Positions 58,601 through 64,000 of a DNA stretch of 64,000 bases are shown here, one piece after another. The stretch is from Craspedostauros australis. Lineage: Eukaryota. Below the pieces are notes generated by a model. That model saw only the letters and a program-made list of their open reading frames with translations. It had not been told where the DNA came from and searched no databases. Position 1 is the first letter of the stretch. Each line of letters starts with the position of its first letter. The position numbers were made by a program, and so were the translations under genes. The stretch covers positions 1 through 64,000 of the forward strand of contig JALAGF010003802.1 in the NCBI GenBank assembly GCA_030167865.1, in the 5' to 3' direction.

Positions 58601-61305
58601 CGGACACGCAGACTAGTGCCCATGTTGATGTCGATGAACAACCCACTTCAAGTTCAACGCCACCATCACCAGTCGCAGAAAAGAGACGTGTGCCACCACG
58701 CCGAACAAAAAGTGCTGACACTGCAAATCTATTGGAACGCACCGGACATGGAGGCAGCAAGCATGTGAGGCCAATGCCTGGCCGCCGCTATCCACGGAAG
58801 AGGCTGCAAAAGGCAGCCAGCGCTGCCGCTGCCATCATGAAATACACCAATCACAGTCTGAGCACTGGTAGCAGCCACCACAGCAAGAATGTGTCAGCGC
58901 ACAGGAAGCCAAAGCGTAGCAAGCAGAAAGATTTCTCGAGCTGGATGAAGACTCGCAACAACCACTATTACGCGAAGACGGCACCAAAGCGAGATGTTGA
59001 GATCATCCAGAATCTGCGCAAAGAGTCGAAGGTGCTGTCCATGATCCAGCATTTCTCTCTCAATCCATCAGGCGCCAATCTTGACGAGTACGAATACACT
59101 CACAATGCTATCTTTTACGATGACGATGACACTGGCGAGTTCGACCTGGCAAGTCACGAAGATCGGCAGGGTGGGACGATGGCGTTGAATTCGGGTTCCG
59201 CGCACACGTTCTCGTCCACCGGAATCAGTGCCGATGTATCCATGGCGGACACGGCCGGTGCCATGAACGAAGGCCGTGGTGCGGAACGAGTCCGGCTGCG
59301 ACGTAACATTCGCGAACGACGACGCAAGACGAAGTCGGCCATCTTCCAGAAGGACGCGCAGACGCTGCTGCAGCCAAGCGACGTTCTACGACGCACGATG
59401 TCATCCCCAGTGCGCCATGGCTCGACCGCATACGAATCAATCGCATCGGAAGCAGTATCCATGAGCAAGGACGAACAGAAACCTGCGGCGACGGAGGGTA
59501 CGCAGAGGTATTCAGAGCAGCAGAGGACGAACAAAGGTGCAGATACTGATGCCAATGCAAATGCTGACGACGGCATCGCGAGCAAGAACGAGAAAACTTT
59601 GCCAGAAGCACAGGATGTCATCCACCCATTGAGCCCGTCACGGACATCGAAGGCAATGGAGCATCCTCCGTTTGCGCGATCGCCGATACGATCGGTGTCC
59701 AAGCGTCGCGAATCCCACTCTGACGAGGTCAGTTTTTGCATGGAGGATGATGTGAGCCACAAGATGGATCCACTCACGTCGCCAAATCCACATTCGCGAC
59801 ACGATGAGAGTCTCCGATCGTTGCAGAACTCAACCAGGTCTCTGCTCTTGAAGAGCCCGGAGGCGAGCACGCACAACGGCAGCGTTGCGGTCACTTCTCA
59901 CAGCGCCAGCCAGCACAATGGCAGCATGGGAAACAGCAATGATCAAGATCACGCGATCCCGTTCGGCCCGGATTCGCCTGTGAAGCGACAGCATCTCCAG
60001 GTCATACAGGACCTGCAGGATCTCATGAAGACGACCCGGGATGAGAAGGAGAGCGAGAAGCAGCGGCACATGAAGGAGAAGATGCTACGTGATTTGTTGG
60101 AAACCAGCAAAGCATGGGGAGACGAGGATGGCGACGGCAATCCGTCCTTGACCGTCGACGAAGTGTCCGACATCGTGGCACATATCAACCTGTGCGAGCA
60201 AACCAACACCCCCATTCGGTGGGATTTGATCAACGACATCGTCTTCCCAGATGGTATCGAAGAGGAACCCGACCAAGAAGACGACGAAGTCGGTGAAACT
60301 CAGCTGCAAGATCCGACAAGTCCCACCAAGGTCTCTAAGGAAGCTGTCGCCAACGCTGGCGGCAGTGGTGCTGTCGCTGTCGCGGTGGCCAATGATGGCA
60401 ATCGCAATGACAGCGGCAAAGGAGAAGGAGGAGACGGTAACGATGAACAATGGGGCGAGCTCAATGACGTTGGTGAGCAATTTGAGGACGCCATCGACAG
60501 CTTCCGCAAGCAGTACGATCTGAATGACGAAGAGATGGCAGAGGTGGTCGCCCATTTGAATTTGTGCGAAGAGACCAACACGAAGGTCCGGTGGGACATC
60601 ATCCACCGCATCATCTACCCCGAGCACAGCGTGGACGATCTTGGCACGCCGGCGGAGAACGATGAAATGGATGTGGCAAATGCAGCCGCAGCGGTTGATG
60701 CCGAAGAGCGCCAACGTGCCTCGACAAACACCATGCGCGTTGATGAAGATGATGATGACGATGATGCATCATGGTTCTCGATCTACGTCGAGCTGGATGA
60801 CAATGTGTCCACACTGACATTCGAGTTCGATGGCCAAGAAGCCGACATGGGAAAGCCCTCCAAACGACGCAAAAGCAAGTCTAGTGTGGGTAACGATGGT
60901 GGCGCATATTCATACGAGCCGTCACCAGATGACAGCGACAGGTACACAGACGATGGCGAGGATGAGGGAGACGGCGAATACACCATGGAAGAGACAAGAA
61001 ACTCTCCTGTGAATGCAGCAGCGGGTGTCGCATCGACTCGACCGATGATCATGGAAGGCGGTCCGTTGGGCCTAAAGGAAGAAACAGCAGCAGCATTGGG
61101 CGCCGCCAAGGGCTGGCATGATCCCATCCTGCGCATGCGCGTGAACGCACTGCGGGAATCCAGCCACTCCTACCGAGACACCAAGTACGCACCAAGCACC
61201 AACCGACGGTCAGGTCAGCAACGATTGGAAACCAAGTGCGTGAGCGAGTCCAGCGGATCATTGGATGATTCGATGCCGTCCATGTATGATGGAGAAATCG
61301 ATTGA
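55660..61305 (+). CDS. Large, mostly disordered Ser/Lys/Arg-rich protein with a duplicated C-terminal helical motif
   Basis: ~1,880-aa uninterrupted ORF with an Ser-Asp tract and two copies of VAH(I/L)NLCE.TNT..RWD(L/I)I..I(V/I)(F/Y)P. Confidence 0.75.
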   Translation: MSSKPALAYAHAERRRPRSLRQHGAPHKRHSAYEQTNADGSDHAEEVLNDNARRSDDSADSGDNIEFRVKAKQMYRRRSLGALSRGDSPGALDVRKAANITTSSSHNRSSHNRSSHNSGNSGSSGFVNTPDKWSAILQQKRMQRDASKHKMNLANQPKSKSPSSIERKKVTESPFQQRQRYQRSVSLTGAMRQASESLPARAPPTAASPSQSPSSSRNSAGLKKTWRKKKSISLHKPAYSYTSDQWQNTKDGGGSNSNTRTYGNGEDTNDNNERDNKDGDHGQSSSSLPTGLWSGSAHRHYVAALSNASEHDQTPMASPTATPKPSAHKSSLSNNIPFQRISALVSTSVSPSMSTKKPAPRSSVVMSTVPTPKAIRHNLEKSSSDGALDLTGRRRDTRQRKSMIRPRKEPPAHQPQKSKSSIIVTSPYSLKKRSSAGAPNGQEGGSTPKSPATISKFVSQRRVRPSRRSLKEQASKSISAPVSPIPSKQQMLTRQIERSGGMPKPRGQTKKSSMSPSPSPSPSTLAARKASWQAAAAATTATPNASKRSVLSPKPKLPRSSSDGAMKPVADRVREKESASSTAARRVRPKTPSGGRKPKAVSADSPFLLADPLHASKVTASATRIPRRLATSSSFMASTAVSGSSSNGESKNAQRMSSWKSPIQTITPQSNKVKATNGMKSLPPSIPALQSPATLVKQRVAASKERTYNKQTSDGVTSNSGSSGLRSFGTSPAREQFRSATSSVHSSVSISTDSFEFSNDGDDDDDGDREDNSSSSSGSSRSDSDSSDTDDDSESDSDSSDTDSDTNGGSDSDSDSDDLSSSDDESSLSASLVASTGSQHRTKRKKKMKGSVHREHPKSSKKGKSKNGDGQNDRSGPVSAPTDPQNDDQPKPVVKQMSEFWRRGSLTMGSPSQILPALEYKMKEKEQRRTSATQSAVAAESKGGMVASSSSTAETASPATNAVEAAAAADADIDARTGNHADTQTSAHVDVDEQPTSSSTPPSPVAEKRRVPPRRTKSADTANLLERTGHGGSKHVRPMPGRRYPRKRLQKAASAAAAIMKYTNHSLSTGSSHHSKNVSAHRKPKRSKQKDFSSWMKTRNNHYYAKTAPKRDVEIIQNLRKESKVLSMIQHFSLNPSGANLDEYEYTHNAIFYDDDDTGEFDLASHEDRQGGTMALNSGSAHTFSSTGISADVSMADTAGAMNEGRGAERVRLRRNIRERRRKTKSAIFQKDAQTLLQPSDVLRRTMSSPVRHGSTAYESIASEAVSMSKDEQKPAATEGTQRYSEQQRTNKGADTDANANADDGIASKNEKTLPEAQDVIHPLSPSRTSKAMEHPPFARSPIRSVSKRRESHSDEVSFCMEDDVSHKMDPLTSPNPHSRHDESLRSLQNSTRSLLLKSPEASTHNGSVAVTSHSASQHNGSMGNSNDQDHAIPFGPDSPVKRQHLQVIQDLQDLMKTTRDEKESEKQRHMKEKMLRDLLETSKAWGDEDGDGNPSLTVDEVSDIVAHINLCEQTNTPIRWDLINDIVFPDGIEEEPDQEDDEVGETQLQDPTSPTKVSKEAVANAGGSGAVAVAVANDGNRNDSGKGEGGDGNDEQWGELNDVGEQFEDAIDSFRKQYDLNDEEMAEVVAHLNLCEETNTKVRWDIIHRIIYPEHSVDDLGTPAENDEMDVANAAAAVDAEERQRASTNTMRVDEDDDDDDASWFSIYVELDDNVSTLTFEFDGQEADMGKPSKRRKSKSSVGNDGGAYSYEPSPDDSDRYTDDGEDEGDGEYTMEETRNSPVNAAAGVASTRPMIMEGGPLGLKEETAAALGAAKGWHDPILRMRVNALRESSHSYRDTKYAPSTNRRSGQQRLETKCVSESSGSLDDSMPSMYDGEID

Positions 61306-61535
61306 TGGTTGGCAACTCCCCAGAGAGCGATAGAATGAGCCTCGTGACATCGAGTTTGTATGTAGATGCCGTGCGAGTATAGTACGCATGGCACTTATGT
61401 AAACTGATTATGGATAAATGAGCGACGTTGAATTTTGAGGACTTTCGCTTCTTGTTTGACTGACCTTCCGAAGGGACATGTTGGTATGGACTTACGCGTA
61501 CGGCAGTGTGGCAAGTATGATTGTTACAACTTTGT

Positions 61536-62600
61536 CTATGAATCCTCCGGGGCATGGATCCAGTTGATTCTGGTCTCATCGTCATCGTACTTGTACCACA
61601 CGGAGGCCCACAGACACGTCCCAACCCACGCAATATGATCGGGACGGTACGGTGCGCAGGATGTGATGCCGAGTTCATTGGACAAGGATTTGAGCGCGGA
61701 CGTCTTGATTGGAACGATGGTGAGCATCTCCGGCTCCGAGGACAAATCCTGCGGGGCGTCCTCTTGCAACGCAGCCTGCTGCTGTTGCGCAACCTCGCCG
61801 TCACCCAAAATCTCCTTGAGCTTCTTGCCGACGCGCCGTCCAAGATCCGGCGCGAGTGCCACGGCATCACCCGCGAAGATGATGTTGCCAACAACGTAAC
61901 GTCGCACATCGATGGGACAGGCCTCGAGACACTTGAGCACGGCCACCGTGATGCTGTTGGGATTGTCCTCATCGAGCCAGACCTGATCCATCCGCTGCGT
62001 CCATTGCCCCGGCACGACGTCGAAGGCGGACTTGTACCCGCACGGCACGCGCTGCAACGTGAAGGGCAGGATGTGGCCATCGACGTGCGCCACGCAGACG
62101 GCCTCATCGCGCGAGACTTCGACGACGAGGCCGCGCTTCCAGCCATGCGCCACGGGGATCATGTCGAGGGAGGTGACCATGGTGATGGCCGGCACGCCGC
62201 GATTCCAGAGATGCTGCGTCATGGCCTTTTCCCAGGTGCGCTGCGGATGTATGGCGTGCACGACGACGAAGCGACGCGACGATGCCTTGATCATGAGGCG
62301 GTCGAAGATGTCGTTGACCATCGGCGACAGATGGGCGTACCAGTCGGCCTCCGATCTGTACGAGTCGCCGGCAGTCGCGTTGTTCTCGTCCTCGTCGAGC
62401 AGGATGGGGATGACGAACTGCGGCTTGAACTGCTCGGCGTATCCGATGCGCACCACCGATGCGCCGATGTCCAGAACCACGGGCGGTCTCGAGATGTTGA
62501 ACGACGAGGATGCGCTCGAGGATCTAGACGAGATGTACCGAGCAACGCGCTTCGATGTCAGCTTGGGGTTGCGCAATGGCATGGTCTTGCCGTCCACCAT
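61536..62600 (-). CDS. Divergent actin-related protein (Arp10/Arp11-like)
   Basis: PVVLDIGASVVRIGYAE...PQFVIP, GLVVEVS, CPIDVRRYVVGNIIFAG and IAWVG motifs. Confidence 0.8.
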   Translation of the reverse strand: MVDGKTMPLRNPKLTSKRVARYISSRSSSASSSFNISRPPVVLDIGASVVRIGYAEQFKPQFVIPILLDEDENNATAGDSYRSEADWYAHLSPMVNDIFDRLMIKASSRRFVVVHAIHPQRTWEKAMTQHLWNRGVPAITMVTSLDMIPVAHGWKRGLVVEVSRDEAVCVAHVDGHILPFTLQRVPCGYKSAFDVVPGQWTQRMDQVWLDEDNPNSITVAVLKCLEACPIDVRRYVVGNIIFAGDAVALAPDLGRRVGKKLKEILGDGEVAQQQQAALQEDAPQDLSSEPEMLTIVPIKTSALKSLSNELGITSCAPYRPDHIAWVGTCLWASVWYKYDDDETRINWIHAPEDS

Positions 62601-63483
62601 CTTTGCTGCAGGATGGATTGCTTTAGAACTTTATATATAATAATATTATAGAATAGTTGTATAATACTACTGTATGGGCCGCAATGCAGACAAGCTGGGG
62701 TACGATGCTTGTTTGTGTGGCTGATGGGAGTGGTGGGGTGCTGCAACTGCAACTATGAGATCGCGGCAAGTAGAGAAAGGAGAAGAGTTGGATCACCGTT
62801 GTGTTGTTGTTGTTGTTGTGGTAACAAATAGCATGTCCTCACTTCTGTTTCCACGATCGTGTCCACGAGTATTAGTGTGTCCCTCATCAAACAAATCCAC
62901 GATAGAGGTCTATCAATCAAAGATAGAAGTAGACAAGATAGGTGCTTCTCCACAGAGCAATTTCAAAGCTGCAACCAACAGCTGCCCAGCGAGTACTCTA
63001 CTCTCTTTGTATGGTCCAATCAAGAGGCACAAGAGAACAGGAATGGCCAAACTAAGGTTTGCTCCCCGGAGATCTTTCGATCCCCGAATTGATCCCGAAG
63101 TCCATCACAAATGGCAAACCCGAAGATTGGTACTCATCCAAAGCAAGGCTACTACACTCTCAGGCACTCAAGTGTCTGTCGTTGTACCACGCCAAGAGCG
63201 GAATCGTGCGATAAGAATGGTTGGGATAGCTGCTACTCGTTGAGAGATTGATTTGGATGTGGCGTATGTGTACCAAGGCGCCAAGGAATGCTTGTGTAAT
63301 AAAAGTGATCGTAAAATAGTTGTATGTACATGTGAAGCATCGTCGGTCCATGTGTTCACCATCTGCTGTCGATTGGTCAAAACTGTTGTGTGCATGTATG
63401 CAATGGTGAAGATGAGGTTGGACGTCCCCAAGCAGTGAGAGAGAGGTTTTGTGACCGTTTGCTCGCAATTCCCCTTTGGCCGC

Positions 63484-63912
63484 TCAGCGTACGCTCGTTG
63501 TTGGATACTGTGATGGTGGTGGCGGTGTCGATGCTGGCTTGCTGGACGATGCGACTGCTGTCGGTCTGGCTGCGGCGGATGCATGTTTCGCATGCCGACG
63601 TGCCATGTGAACGACGAGAACGCGCTGCGCCCGTCGCCAGTAGTCTTGTCCCACTGCCGTTTTGAGTTGCCTGTAGAGTGCTGGCAACAAGGGGAGGAAT
63701 GCTGGATCGCTTTGGCGGGATTTGTGGATGCATGCTGCGACGATGTGACGGCAGTTGCAATGCAATTCGTTGCTCTCGCTCTTCAAGATCCGCAGGAGGA
63801 TGCGAAGGAAGATCATGAAGATGACCTTGGGGTGGGTTTCATGAGATCGCTGCTGCAGGCTGTGCCTGTGATGAGAGTGCGGCTCCTGCTTGACGTGCTT
63901 GGTGGGGGCCAT
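63484..63912 (-). CDS. Small hypothetical helical protein
   Basis: 142-aa ATG ORF with an amphipathic core FMIFLRILLRILK...IVAACI..SRQSDP.F..L...L..QLK.AVGQDYW.RAQ, resembling (from memory) a small diatom protein family. Confidence 0.55.
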   Translation of the reverse strand: MAPTKHVKQEPHSHHRHSLQQRSHETHPKVIFMIFLRILLRILKSESNELHCNCRHIVAACIHKSRQSDPAFLPLLPALYRQLKTAVGQDYWRRAQRVLVVHMARRHAKHASAAARPTAVASSSKPASTPPPPSQYPTTSVR

Positions 63913-64000
63913 GGTGGATTGGTTTGAAAGAGTTGTTGGGACAAGAGTATTGTATGGTCGCCGTGTCCGTCTGCTGGTTGGATGAGATGGTAGGGTGGAG

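Noticed and set aside
61554-62651. 365-aa + strand ORF (and the overlapping 61049-62146 ORF)
   Set aside because: Shadow frames of the actin-related gene.

Overview
Eukaryotic, intron-containing genomic DNA, most consistent with a diatom. The evidence is bipartite plastid-targeting presequences with Phe at +1, a presequence-bearing ubiquitin of the SELMA type, and GT-AG introns; the taxon is my inference. About 19 protein-coding genes can be supported. Cell-surface genes: two paralogous Cys-rich proteins with conserved intron positions, a secreted two-repeat protein between them, and a ~2,700-aa membrane protein with ~12 Cys-rich repeats. Housekeeping genes: CIA1, a family-16 methyltransferase, prefoldin 5, CK2 beta, plastid EF-G, a metaxin-like protein and an actin-related protein. 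Other genes: a plastid thioredoxin-fold protein lacking CxxC, two convergent FYVE-ankyrin-RING paralogs flanking a CDK-like kinase, a small Tudor/SH3-like protein, two large low-complexity proteins, a tandem periplastid-type ubiquitin and a small hypothetical protein. The most notable signals are an apparent CDK-cyclin fusion nested between the FYVE-RING paralogs, the di-ubiquitin lacking K48/K63 with a 136-aa tail, and the 12-repeat giant protein. I recognised no rRNA, tRNA, CRISPR array or intact mobile element. All calls come from reading the sequence by eye; no searches were run.
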